Positions 41,108 through 52,200 of a stretch of 64,000 bases of DNA are shown in pieces (within the stretch, counting starts at the first letter, position 1; each line of letters opens with the position of its first letter). The stretch lies in NCBI GenBank assembly GCA_963737155.1, contig CAVTRN010000002.1:2656001-2720000 (forward strand), written 5' to 3'. The position numbers were made by a program, and so were the translations under genes. The notes under the pieces were generated by a model. It was not told the origin of the DNA. It searched no databases and worked only from the letters and a program-made list of their open reading frames with translations. The stretch comes from Nitrospirota bacterium (GTDB lineage Bacteria; Nitrospirota; UBA9217).

Positions 41108-42751
41108 CTAGAATCTTGCATTTATATCCACCTGCAGTACATCGATCGCCAGTGGTGGACCGCTGATTGCATCCGCCGACAACCATCGAAGCGTAAGCCA
41201 GTTATTCTTTAACAACCCGACATCGGTTCCCACAATCCAGCCTTGAGCATTGGTGCCTCCAAGATGGAAATCGGAGTCTGTATAGCCGTCAACAACGGCG
41301 TCCGATTCCAGGTGCTTTTGGTAAAAATATACCTTCCACTGGCCGGAATCATACGTGTTCGGATACCCTACGGACACACCATATTGGTAGCCCTCGACTT
41401 GTTTGTTGGGATTGGGATTGCCCGTCCTTGCGGCAACACGGGCCTCATTAAAGCCAAAATTTTTCACATAATCGCCGAGGAAAACGACATGAACGGGATC
41501 CCAGAAACCGATATCGAGAGTGCCCGTGGCGTCCAATTCCTGGAATTCCGAAGCGAGGGCCGTCGTAACGACGGATGGGTTCGAGCTGATATTGAACAGA
41601 GTGTTCCCCTTCTGTTGAAACTGGGGTGCGGTCCAGTCCGTGGCGCCGGGATTATTGGGATTATTGAGCACCCCGGTGATATTCTTGAAATCATAGAAGG
41701 CCGAACCGATCTTAATAGCAACGCTTTTTTGGCTTTCCCGTTCAAGCCCCAACTGCCCGGCCACAAGCCATTTCTGTTCCGAGCTGAAATTATACTGCTG
41801 CAATGGAAAAGCACCGGTAGTGATATAGGGCGTCAACGATTCCGCGTTGGACGTGGGCATCCTCGCATGCAGGGCAAAGCCATCGAAATTCAAATCCTTG
41901 GCCCACACAAGATCGGTTGAAAAAAAAGGATTAGGCATCCTCCCCCCATAAAGAGCGAATGAGTTCGACGGGTGCCACTTAAGATATGCAAGATTGATCA
42001 CGACAGAGTCAGGGCTCATAGAGTTCCCTATGGTCACATTATTCGAGACGGGGTTTGTCGTACTGCCAGTGGACAGGCGAACGACCGCATCCAGCTGGTC
42101 ATTTATCATCGCCTCCGCGCCGAAACGTGCCCGGTATTTGAATAGGTCCTGGTCTACCGTCGTATTCATGAGTTCACTCGGGTCTGACGGCTGCGCAAAA
42201 GAGGCATTATTTTTGCCAAAGCGATCTTGCTCATACCGCAGGCGGATGTCCCCGCCAAAGCGGATCCGCTTTTCTTTCTCCTGCATGGCCCAGTTCACTT
42301 TCCAGATCTCCCTGTACATCTCGTCCATAACGTCGTTTCTGACCTCATCCTCGACGGCACTTCCAACCTCCTGGATCACCCGAGCTGTTGTTTTCGCAAT
42401 CAGCTCCCTGTCATGTGCCTCCTGAGCGCTGACGGTCCCCGTCCCTTCGGTACTAACGGTCGACGCCGCAGCAAGAGCAGGTGCGGCTTCGTTGTACTGG
42501 TTAGCATTCCCCTGCTTCGCCTGTCCAACGGGTTCCTTGCGGGTCTGCCAGTAAGCCGTAGCAATATCACTCTGGGACGGTGTGCTCTCATGCATGATGA
42601 TCACGGGTTTGGGAGCCGATGCGCAGCCAACAACTATCGACATCAAGAGCGCCGCAATGCCACAAGTGATATGTCTCCCCATCCACGTCAGGAGTACTGA
42701 AGCCGGAAGTTGAATGTTTGCTTTCATTGATATGTGCCTGGTTCCTCTCAT
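41108..42751 (-). CDS. Putative porin (Porin_5-like outer-membrane beta barrel)
   Basis: GDIRLRYE, GRMPNPFFSTDLVW..DLNFDG, D.FHLGGTN..G, C-terminal QVDINARF. Confidence 0.85.
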   Translation of the reverse strand: MRGTRHISMKANIQLPASVLLTWMGRHITCGIAALLMSIVVGCASAPKPVIIMHESTPSQSDIATAYWQTRKEPVGQAKQGNANQYNEAAPALAAASTVSTEGTGTVSAQEAHDRELIAKTTARVIQEVGSAVEDEVRNDVMDEMYREIWKVNWAMQEKEKRIRFGGDIRLRYEQDRFGKNNASFAQPSDPSELMNTTVDQDLFKYRARFGAEAMINDQLDAVVRLSTGSTTNPVSNNVTIGNSMSPDSVVINLAYLKWHPSNSFALYGGRMPNPFFSTDLVWAKDLNFDGFALHARMPTSNAESLTPYITTGAFPLQQYNFSSEQKWLVAGQLGLERESQKSVAIKIGSAFYDFKNITGVLNNPNNPGATDWTAPQFQQKGNTLFNISSNPSVVTTALASEFQELDATGTLDIGFWDPVHVVFLGDYVKNFGFNEARVAARTGNPNPNKQVEGYQYGVSVGYPNTYDSGQWKVYFYQKHLESDAVVDGYTDSDFHLGGTNAQGWIVGTDVGLLKNNWLTLRWLSADAISGPPLAIDVLQVDINARF

Positions 42752-42784
42752 GGCAATAGTATCGGGCCGTTCATTCTTGATTTA

Positions 42785-43483
42785 TCAGCCCTGAGAAATA
42801 ATTTTGACGTCCATCGTCCGCGGCATGCTTTCCGGCGGTGGTTCACTGATCCGGAGAGAACGGAGGGCCTGGATGACCGCGTCATCCATTCTGTTGTTCC
42901 CCGAAGACCCGATTATCCGGTAATCAATGACTGTGCCATCAATGTCCACTTTCACCCTAACGATAGCCTGAAGCTTGCCCTTGGGGATTCCACCTTCCTC
43001 ATCCAGTTGCTTCGTGACCTTCTTTCTGATTTCCGTCACCACGATCTGGGTATAGCCGGCGAATTTGGTCAGAAGAGAGAGCTTCCCGAACCCGGATTCC
43101 GCGGCAATAATGCTCCTCCCACCCTTCTTCCCGACCAGACCGAAGTTGTCACTGCCTGCTCCGCCCTCGGAATCAACACCCAGATTTTCTCCAGCCGGCG
43201 TGTTGTCCTTGCTGTCGGTGTTCTGGTTCTGCGCCTCGTTCTTCACTCCCGGATCGATAATGTCCTCCTTCTTCGGGACCTCTTTGATCTCCTCGGGCGG
43301 CTTTTCCTTTACCTCGACTATAGGCGGAGGCTTGAGCAACGTGACAGTTGCCATGGTGTTCTTCCTGTGCGGCTCATCCTCGGACAGGACCGTTTTGACA
43401 ATATACACGCCCCCCGAGATCAGAAAGATCGTCACCGCGATCAGAACCCAGGGAACGGATTTTTTTGCTTGTTTGCCAGACAT
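42785..43483 (-). CDS. TonB-family energy transducer
   Basis: N-terminal TM, Pro/Glu/Lys linker, C-terminal SSGN..MD.AV. Confidence 0.85.
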   Translation of the reverse strand: MSGKQAKKSVPWVLIAVTIFLISGGVYIVKTVLSEDEPHRKNTMATVTLLKPPPIVEVKEKPPEEIKEVPKKEDIIDPGVKNEAQNQNTDSKDNTPAGENLGVDSEGGAGSDNFGLVGKKGGRSIIAAESGFGKLSLLTKFAGYTQIVVTEIRKKVTKQLDEEGGIPKGKLQAIVRVKVDIDGTVIDYRIIGSSGNNRMDDAVIQALRSLRISEPPPESMPRTMDVKIISQG

Positions 43484-43579
43484 GCGCTGTTGCTCCGACT
43501 AATGCAAATAAAAAGTTGACGCTTAATTTAGTGCGATTCGACACTTCCCGGTTTTATTCCTGGTGTGGCGCATGTCCCT

Positions 43580-43996
43580 TCACTTCACCAGCTTCTGCGT
43601 CACCAGACCGAGTTGGGTGATCTCAAGACGTTGCAGAATATCCAGCACCTCAATGACGCTCTTGTAAGATATCTTCTCATCGCCCCGTATGACCACCGGG
43701 AAGTTGGGATCCGCGCCCTTGTACTGTCGGAGCCTGCTCTCCAATTCGGGCAAAGTCACGGGAAAACTGTCGAGATAGATCGTTCCGTCCCCGGTGATGG
43801 TGATCGCCTTGGTAGTGGCTTTGACCTTGCTCGCGGCCGCACTCGCCTTGGGAAGGTTGACGCTGATCCCCTGTACGGACGCCGTCACGACGATCATGAA
43901 CACCAAGAGGAGATTCCAGGCCAGATCCAGCATGGGAACCACGTTGATCTCGTCATACACATCATGGTCGTCATAGGGGTTCTTTCCATGGCGCAT
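43580..43996 (-). CDS. exbD: ExbD/TolR family protein
   Basis: EINVVPMLD, VNLPKA, VIRGD. Confidence 0.92.
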   Translation of the reverse strand: MRHGKNPYDDHDVYDEINVVPMLDLAWNLLLVFMIVVTASVQGISVNLPKASAAASKVKATTKAITITGDGTIYLDSFPVTLPELESRLRQYKGADPNFPVVIRGDEKISYKSVIEVLDILQRLEITQLGLVTQKLVK

Positions 43997-45838
43997 CTAT
44001 TTTTCCTCTTCCAGTTTAAGGATGAAGTCGTCGATAAAAACATTCACATCGGCGTTCATGTCCTTGATTCGGCCCGTAATGTAGCTGCTGGCAAACAATG
44101 CGGGGATCGCGACCAGGAGCCCGGCAAGCGTGCAGGAAAGGGCTGATGCAACACCCGGAGCGATGGCCGCCAGGTTGGCTTCGCCGCTCTCGGCCAGTCC
44201 GGCAAACGTATTCATTACGCCCCAGACCGTGCCGAGCAGACCCAGGAATGGTCCGCCGGCAACGCTCATGTTCAAGACGACCATGCCTGCTGACAGCCGT
44301 CGGCTTTCGTACATGGCCGCCTTCTCGACTCCCGCGCGAAAGCCATTCATTGCCCGCGCCGAAAGTCCCGCCCACCCAGTGAGAGATTCTCCCCGTTTTT
44401 CGATGCCGAATTTCAATTCCTCACATCCAGCACGATAGACGCGGTAGAGCGTAGATCCCCGGAAGTCATCTTCGTTCTGGAGCAGCGACAAGGGATGTTC
44501 CAGATCCCGGAAAGATTGGGAAAAGGTCTGATTGCCCTTTTTGGCTTGGTTCAGCACCACAATCTTTTGTCGGAAGACAAAAAGGGACCCGAAGCCAAGG
44601 ATCACTAACACCCCGATAATCAGCCATCCGTCGAGGGTAATGGTCCTGATGATGACCTTCATAAGATGGATGGTAAGGGACTCACCACTACCGCCGCCTC
44701 CAGATTCTTCCTCCATATAGGATGTCAGAACGCTCTCCGGTCCCTGGCTTTGGAACGCCGCCTTGATCCAGGCAGCTGGACGTACCAAGTTCGAGAGTGC
44801 CACTTCATCCAGATCTCCCAGAAACGAGTTGTTTCCTTTTTCAGAACCGGCGATGATAATGTCCGACGAAGGCGCCGGGAGCGGCCCCTTGAAACTGGCC
44901 GAAGCTGCTTCCACACCATTCACGTAAAGGATGATCTGTTTGTCCGGTTCTACGGTCACCGCAAGGTGGTGCCAAAGGCCGGCGGTCAAGGCTGCCGTCT
45001 TCGGCGTCGTTGCCGAAGTCCCCTTACCCGACACCACGCTTCCGTAGGCCTTCCCATCATCAATGCCAACCACAATGGACTGGCTCCCGTCGTCCCAGGA
45101 GAACAGGTCAGCCATCCCTACGGTACTGCTTGGCCGAACCCAGGCTGAGAATGTGAACCCCTTGCTGAAGTTCAGGGAGGGGGACCTCGCAATGGTCATT
45201 TTATCGCCTGCAGTGCCAAGCTGAGCGCCCATTCCTATCGCCGAGGGAACGCCGAGCTTCCCTGCGAAAGAGACCGAGTGGTTACCGTAAGCGGTTGCAT
45301 CTTTCGGGTTGCCGTCCTGTTCGCGCAGGTGATACACCGCGACCTGGTTCACATCGTAGGTGCCACCCGCGTCCTGTCCGTCCGGCGCCGACGCATTACC
45401 GTAATACATCCAGATCGAATCCTGGTTCGAACTCGCGGCTACGCTGGGGACTTTTACCCAAATCAGCGCCAACTCATTCTTAGGATCAAACATTTCGAAG
45501 TGGTACTTCAACGGAGACTTATCGTCGCTGCTCACGAACCGTATGTCCGACCCGTCCACCTTGGCGTTGGAGAAACTGAAGTTACCTGTATTGAGACGAA
45601 TGAGCACCGGCACATCGTTCAAGTTCTCCTTGATGTCGGCAGCCTTTGCCGATGTATCAAACTGGATCTTTATACGATGCTGCCACTTACCATCCCACCA
45701 AGCAAGCGCGTTTGGCGCAGCTAGCAGGCCAACCATGACAATCACTCCTATGGCTGCGATTATCCTTGCGAGGGAAATTCTCGATAGCGACGATCTCTTG
45801 TTAATAAACACGGCTTTTTCACTCCTTCTCGGTCTCAT
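43997..45838 (-). CDS. exbB: DUF2341 + LamG-like + MotA/TolQ/ExbB fusion
   Basis: WW...W..R, DGSDIRF, WVKVP, WMYYGN; LamG WHHLAVT and G.LDEV; GPFLGLLGTVWGVM, IAPGVA.AL..T.AGL.VAIPA. Confidence 0.9.
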   Translation of the reverse strand: MRPRRSEKAVFINKRSSLSRISLARIIAAIGVIVMVGLLAAPNALAWWDGKWQHRIKIQFDTSAKAADIKENLNDVPVLIRLNTGNFSFSNAKVDGSDIRFVSSDDKSPLKYHFEMFDPKNELALIWVKVPSVAASSNQDSIWMYYGNASAPDGQDAGGTYDVNQVAVYHLREQDGNPKDATAYGNHSVSFAGKLGVPSAIGMGAQLGTAGDKMTIARSPSLNFSKGFTFSAWVRPSSTVGMADLFSWDDGSQSIVVGIDDGKAYGSVVSGKGTSATTPKTAALTAGLWHHLAVTVEPDKQIILYVNGVEAASASFKGPLPAPSSDIIIAGSEKGNNSFLGDLDEVALSNLVRPAAWIKAAFQSQGPESVLTSYMEEESGGGGSGESLTIHLMKVIIRTITLDGWLIIGVLVILGFGSLFVFRQKIVVLNQAKKGNQTFSQSFRDLEHPLSLLQNEDDFRGSTLYRVYRAGCEELKFGIEKRGESLTGWAGLSARAMNGFRAGVEKAAMYESRRLSAGMVVLNMSVAGGPFLGLLGTVWGVMNTFAGLAESGEANLAAIAPGVASALSCTLAGLLVAIPALFASSYITGRIKDMNADVNVFIDDFILKLEEEK

Positions 45839-46125
45839 CTTCTACAAAATCGATCACTTTCACTTCCAGCCACTCTGCAATTAATTGATCTACCATTCGC
45901 GCTGCCTGCGCTTTTTCGGTACTTAGCCCGGATGTGTCCGTGGCCACCTGGCCTTGCGTCATGCATGAGGCCGCCAATATCCCCGCAAATGTGTCTCAAT
46001 CCGAGGCCGGCATATTTCAATTGACCTAGGGCTAAGACTGATGTTTGCGGCGGCGTTAACGAGAAGTGCGGTCAGGATTATCTATCCCCCCGAGTTCCCC
46101 GCTTTGCCGGCATAAATATTGTCGT
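45835..46125 (-). pseudogene. Degenerate duplicate of the tpsA 3' end
   Basis: Encodes, with stops and frameshifts, AGKAGNSGG*IILTALLV..AANIS and AQAARMVDQLIAEWLEVKVIDFVED; compare TpsA VQAAQMVENIIAKWLEVDVIDFVVD. Confidence 0.8.
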
Positions 46126-46223
46126 CGCAAGCAGTCCACAGGTCCGTCAAGAAGGAGGTAAATACAATAGTCGCAACAGCATCCTCTCGTCCGGCATGAT
46201 AAAAACAGGCATTAAATAAAAAC

Positions 46224-49200
46224 TTAATAACTATTCTGATTGTTATTATCGTCTACAACAAAATCAATCACGTCCACTTCCAGCCACTTTGCAATTATGT
46301 TCTCGACCATCTGAGCCGCCTGTACATTTTCGGCACTCAGACCGGATGCATCCGCGGTTGCCTGATTGCTTTGCGTTATGCTGGAGCCTGCTAACGTCCC
46401 TAGCGACGCTCCCTCCGACGTTTGGGGCACCCCTATAGACCCGGCGCTAAAGCTGATGTTCGCGACATTGCTCACATGCAGCGCTGCCAAGGTTATTTGT
46501 CCTCCCGATATTCCAGCTTCGCCCGCGTCGATGATGCCGCTCGGAGCGAAGAGATGGATGTTGCCAGGTGGGGGCGGGTTTTCCCCATAAGTCACGGCAC
46601 GAATACCACTCCCTATGGCTGGCGGTGTAAATACGGTTATATAGAGTCCCTGGGCAGTCTTCTCCTTTTTGGGCGGGACAGCGCTGACCGAGGTGCTCGC
46701 TCCCCTACCGGCGTTGATGCTTCCCTGGTCGCTCCAGATCGTTATATCTCCTCCATAAAAGGTCATTACCCGCGACTCGTTGACGTTCACATCCTGGCTG
46801 GAGAAAATATTGATTGCGCCGCCCCCGCCAGTCGTAATGCCGGTAGTATTACTTACTGTACCGGGCGTCGGCAGTGCGGTCAGTCCCAAATTAATACTGC
46901 CGTTCGCAATCACGTATATGTCAGACTGCCCTATGGAAGTCGAGATTTGTGATGAGGTCATATTGATGTCGCCGGCACCTGTAGGCGTGCCCAGAAGCGG
47001 ATCGATCGTATCTTGTCTAGTCGTTTGCAACAACTGCGCCGCCTCACTTAAATTGCCTTCTGCCAACAACTCGGCATACGTGTCCCCGGCTGTTCGAATA
47101 TTATTAAAAAAAGTCTGAATATCTGCCGCCGATGTGTTGAACCCGTATCCCGACAGGATGACCAGAGCGCACGCTTCAGTGCCCAGCTCAAAGTTGTTGC
47201 CATTGCCCACCGCTTGGATACCATCTGGGAGCGATCCCAGATCAATGGAGCCGCCTGCCTGAACCATGAAGACGCCGGGACCGCCTTGAATGAGGCCTTC
47301 GTGGGGCGGCTGATCTACGATGGTTGAGTTGCCGGTCGTGGATGCCTTGGCATACTGCATAGTTATATCGCCACCCGCCCTGATCGTCGAAACATCGGTC
47401 TCGTTAATGTTCTGACCGACATAGGTGATGTCCTGGATATCCTGACCGGCCGTTATGTCCGCCTCTTTCGGGAACGCCATATTCAGGTTGCTTATATCTG
47501 CGCCCGCCTGGATGGTTACGGGCTGATTGTCCTGTTCATGGAGTGGCTCCATGAACGACCAGGTGCCGTTTGAGGGATCATACAGCCCATGGTTATTAGT
47601 GTCCCTCGTCAGGATCCAATGGCCGTTTTGTTCTACTTGGTAATCGTAAATGTCAAAGAGTCCGTACCAGTTCTGAGGTGCAATGTCTGACATCAGGATC
47701 GATGCGGATTGCACGTTAGTCGTAGCACTCGTACTGGAATATCCGAGTACACTGCCTCCAGCGTTCAGGCTGAGGTTCCCCGTGGGGGAAGACGTCATCA
47801 CAAAATTATTAAACAGGAAGATATCCCCTCCGGCGGTAACATTCACCGTTGCAGGCAGGACTTGCTCGTACAGCGGGGAATCCGTGTTGTCAGAAATTTG
47901 ATGATTATTATAAAAAGGAGAATTACCTTCGATCGTTACATCGGTGCCGGCTGATAGACTGATACTGGTGTCCGGCGTATAAGTACACTGCACGAAGTCC
48001 GAGTTCCTGTAAGCCTCGACAGCATCACTTGCCAGCGTGGGGTTCAGCACTGCGCCAATCTGGATCTCTCCCTGGGCGGTAACATTCATCTGGCTGTTGA
48101 ACAACTCGATTTGAACCCGTTCGTCTATCTTTGATGAAGGATCATAAGCACCGAAGTTTCCCATGGCATTGATCTCACCCTGCCCGTCCTCGTTCAGGAA
48201 ACGGCCCATGACATTCCCTCCGGAATAGATCGTAAGGTTACCTGAGCTGAAGGTGCCTGCCTGAGCTAGGAAGTCCCCTCCGCTGCGAACGACTAGGTTC
48301 CCTCCGCCCATGGTAGCCAGTCCTGCCGTACCGTCCAAATAATCGGCTGAAAATACCCCATAACTAATATTGTAATTTTTCGGCGCCGAAGGCAAAATGA
48401 CGCCTATCGTTGTAAACATATCCCAACCTGTGGGACCCGAGGTGTCCCCCAAGGTGTCCTCTGCGATAGTCCACTGGCCATTGCTGAATTTTCCCACATT
48501 CCTTCCCACCGAAAGGTTAATGTCGCCGCCTCCGTCGTATCTCCAATAATAAGCGGTAGATTGTGGACCATTTTGCTTTACTCCTTGGATTGGGAGGTTG
48601 GTTGCCGGATCAATGATCACGGGATCCAGAGGATCCGTTCCCAGGGCAGCAGATGCTGCAGCCTGTGTAAGCTGGCCGGTCGTCCGGATGGCGCCGGCAC
48701 CATCATTGCTCGGATCATTCCCAACAAGGAGGTCCAGATCGCGGCCAACGCTGATGTCAATATCACCCGTGGCTGTCTGAATAGAGCCGGCTATCGTGAG
48801 ATCGCGGCCCACATATCCGTTGATTGACCCGTTGAAGGACGCAAGGTTGTAACTCATTGCCTCTCCAAGTTCTCCATTGATCATGAACCCCGGGTTTGCT
48901 GGCGCTGTGCCAATGATTGTGTCCCCTGCTGAGGCGAAACGAATGGGTGCACTCTCAGTGTAGACAACTACACCATTGGCAATATTGAGATCCCCGTTGC
49001 CTCTGCTGTTCACTGCCAGGGGATCGGCACTCGATGTATCAGCTCCCGCTGCCAGATTGAACGCCCAGGAACTTCGTACCGTAGGAGCAGTTGTTATAGA
49101 AGTTATAGGACTACCCGATGCCTCGTATGCGGGATAGTCCGTCAGATCGCCGTTAATGTTGAGGTTCCCTGCCGCGCGGATAGTCAATACGCCAGGATTA

Positions 49201-52200
49201 TTGTCGAAGCCCAATAGGGAAAAATTCACGGGGTTAGTCATCGTAATGTTGCCGCCGGAATTAACCACTTCAATTCCGGGAAGAATATAGAACGAAGCGC
49301 CAGTGGGTGCCCCCACCTGGAGCCGCTCCAAAGAGGCATTATCTGTTGCAAAGGATACGGCTTCGTTGAGCCAGGTATTGATTAGCGGGTCTATAACAAG
49401 AGACGACTGCGAATATTGGTACGTCTGCACGGCTTCCGCATAGACCGCTGACGCGCCCTGCAGGGTTCCTCCCAGATTGATTTGCACATCGTTATCGTTG
49501 TTGCTGTTAACGTAGCGCTGGGCCCTCAGATAGATTGTGCCACCCGTACCGCCTGCCCCCCCGGACACGTCAATCGACCCATTGACATTGACCCATCCCT
49601 GCTCGGAGCTGAGGAGAACGCTGCCGCCGGTAGAACCCGCAGTGGAAGCGACAGCTTTGACTATACCGCCGGACTGAATGGTCAGATCGTTCATGGCATA
49701 CAGCTCGACGTTGCCGCCCTCGCTCCCTTCGATCGTGCCGGAAACGTTGATCTGTCCCTGTCCTGCGGTCGCATCGTCGGCGGTCAGTTTGACAGTGCTG
49801 GCCTGCAAGGTCTGTCCTGCGGCGATATTGATGTTTCCAGTGAGCGCCTCGATGTCAACGGATTCGGTAAATCCGCCTGCAGAAATAGTGCCCATGAGCT
49901 GAGTCATATCGGTATTGATCATATTCGAATTCAAATTGGAAGTTTGATAAGTATCAACAACAAGGGAACCGCCAGCGCCACCCTGAGAATTTCCTTTCAG
50001 ATCACCGTTGATCAGGACGCCTCCCAAGGGCGCTTGGAGGCTGATAAGCCCTGCGTCACCCTGGGAACCTGCTGATACATCAATCAATGATGCCGGCTCG
50101 ATGGTGGCTCCGCTGGCATCGACGGTTGCACCTTCCACGACAACGCTGCCGTTTGCCGACTTCAGGACCACCTGGCCTCCGGGTGCGTCATCAGTGCCCC
50201 GCGCGAGAAGCTGGCTACCGCTGAGCAGCGTCACACCGTTCGTCTGTCCGGGACCTGCTGCTGAAAGCATGATTGACCCACCGTCCACCTGAATCACTCC
50301 ACCCTGAGCTATTGAGCTTCCCTCGAAGTTCAGTATGCCCCCAGGGGTGGAGGTCGCGCCTGGGGTCCCACCGCTGTTGGTTATGGTTATGGAACCAGTA
50401 GGGTTCGGATTGTTCTGGTCGTTATAATAATTTGCGCCAGTATAAATCGTGAAATTCGCCGCAGTAACCGCAGTTGCGGACGTCCCGTAGGAATTATTGA
50501 CCGTCATGGTCGTACTGGCTGTCGTGACGCGTGCGGCGCTAATGCTCAGATTCGCGTTTCCCGTTGTAAGGCTTCCCTGTCCCATAAAAGTCAGATCGTT
50601 CATACTATTTAGCCCAATGGCGCTAAAACCGCCAAAGAGGACGTCTCCGCTACCAATGTTGATCTGATTAGCATTCACCGTAAAGGTCCCCGGATTAGCA
50701 GGGGCTGGGGTGATGGCGGCCGATGAAGTTCCCGAATTGGTAAGATTGACAATCGGTGCAGCCAGCGTCACTGAGGTGCCGTTACTGTTGGCTCCGATAA
50801 TCTGTGCCGAATCTAACGTCAAGCTATTGCCAGCGGAAAGCGCGGAGCTGCCCGTGAAATTAGTCCTGAACTGAATGTCATTGTTGCCAACGAGGGTGAT
50901 GTTATTGAACGTCGCGAACTGGTTCCATAGCGTGCTAGTCAGATACAGGCCCACATCGGTCGACTGTTTTCCGCCATCGAGGCCAAAGAATATCGCCGAG
51001 CTTTGCAGCGTCAGATTGCCGCTGTCGGACTTGAGTTGGCCCGAAATGTCCTCTACGTTATTCACATCCAATGTGATGCCTTGGGAGGCATATACGGAAG
51101 CCCCGGAGGCAATGGTGAGCTGGCCAGGCGTGGTAATAGCAATCTGATTGGTTCCGCTCTTTCCTGTGGCAGCCTGGACCACGCCGAGGCTTGCCCCAGA
51201 TTCTAAGGTCACCGCCTGGGCAGCCGTTAGGTTGATAGCACCTGCGTTCAGCGCTACACCTGGCATGATTGTCACGCTGTCTGTACTGCTGTTTCCCAGG
51301 TCAACCTCGCTGAAGCTCTGACCGGAGATGCTGTCGGCTGATATTGTCAGCGTGCCCCGCAAGCTGGGCTCGAGAGTGCTGTTGAACCCAAAATTAGAGG
51401 GCAGGAGGGAAGCTGCCGACGACTGAACTGAAATGTTTGTTGCAGCCAGGCTAAGCGTGCCGCCGTTATAACCGCTCAGAGCCGTGGCCTTGAGCGATCC
51501 GTCAAGGACGGTTGTTGCCCCGGTGATAGAGATGGTGCCGGCATTGCCCAGCGTCGCGGACTGCATCTCATAATTACCCTCCTGGGCCAAAACGTCCTGG
51601 GCTAGCCGGACGCTGAAGACCTCTGGCCGGGAACTCTGTATCGCCGTATCAGCTACCGCAGAATATCCGACCACCAGAGGGTATCCGCCACTCGACAGAG
51701 ACGTCGGACCCGGCAAGGAGGTGGCCGATTGCGCCTGCAGGATATAGGCACCCGGCAGGAACGCGTACCGCGCATTTTGAGGGTCATTTGCATTCAGAGG
51801 GAGCATGGTGTACATTCCCGCACTGAGTCCTCCCCCCCCCTGAAGATCAACGGCCGTTCCCGGCATCGCGAAGGAATTGTCCTTGAACACAATATAGCTT
51901 CCCGGAATTGTGAGCGGATCAACTGAGCCTTGAACTCCCGGTTGAAAAGCGTACGCAAATATGGACCCGCCACCGGAAACGTCGATCACGGACCCTCCCT
52001 TCGTGATGACTTCGTTTGCATTCAAGGTGATGCTCTCTCCAGGAAGGCTATTCGCACTGAATTGGGTCGACGACGCGGAATCGGCGCCTTCCGGGTTTGC
52101 GTTGTCCTCGGTCTCCCAGATACCGTTGGAGTCAATAAGCCCGTAATTGACAGCCGTCGTCCCTGCTGTCGTTACAACACTGCCGTTCGCAAGATAGATC

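Noticed and set aside
46224-46900. CDI/polymorphic toxin reading of TpsA plus orphan C-terminus
   Set aside because: No VENN/pre-toxin motif or immunity ORF; the tail is the conserved DUF3739-type region.
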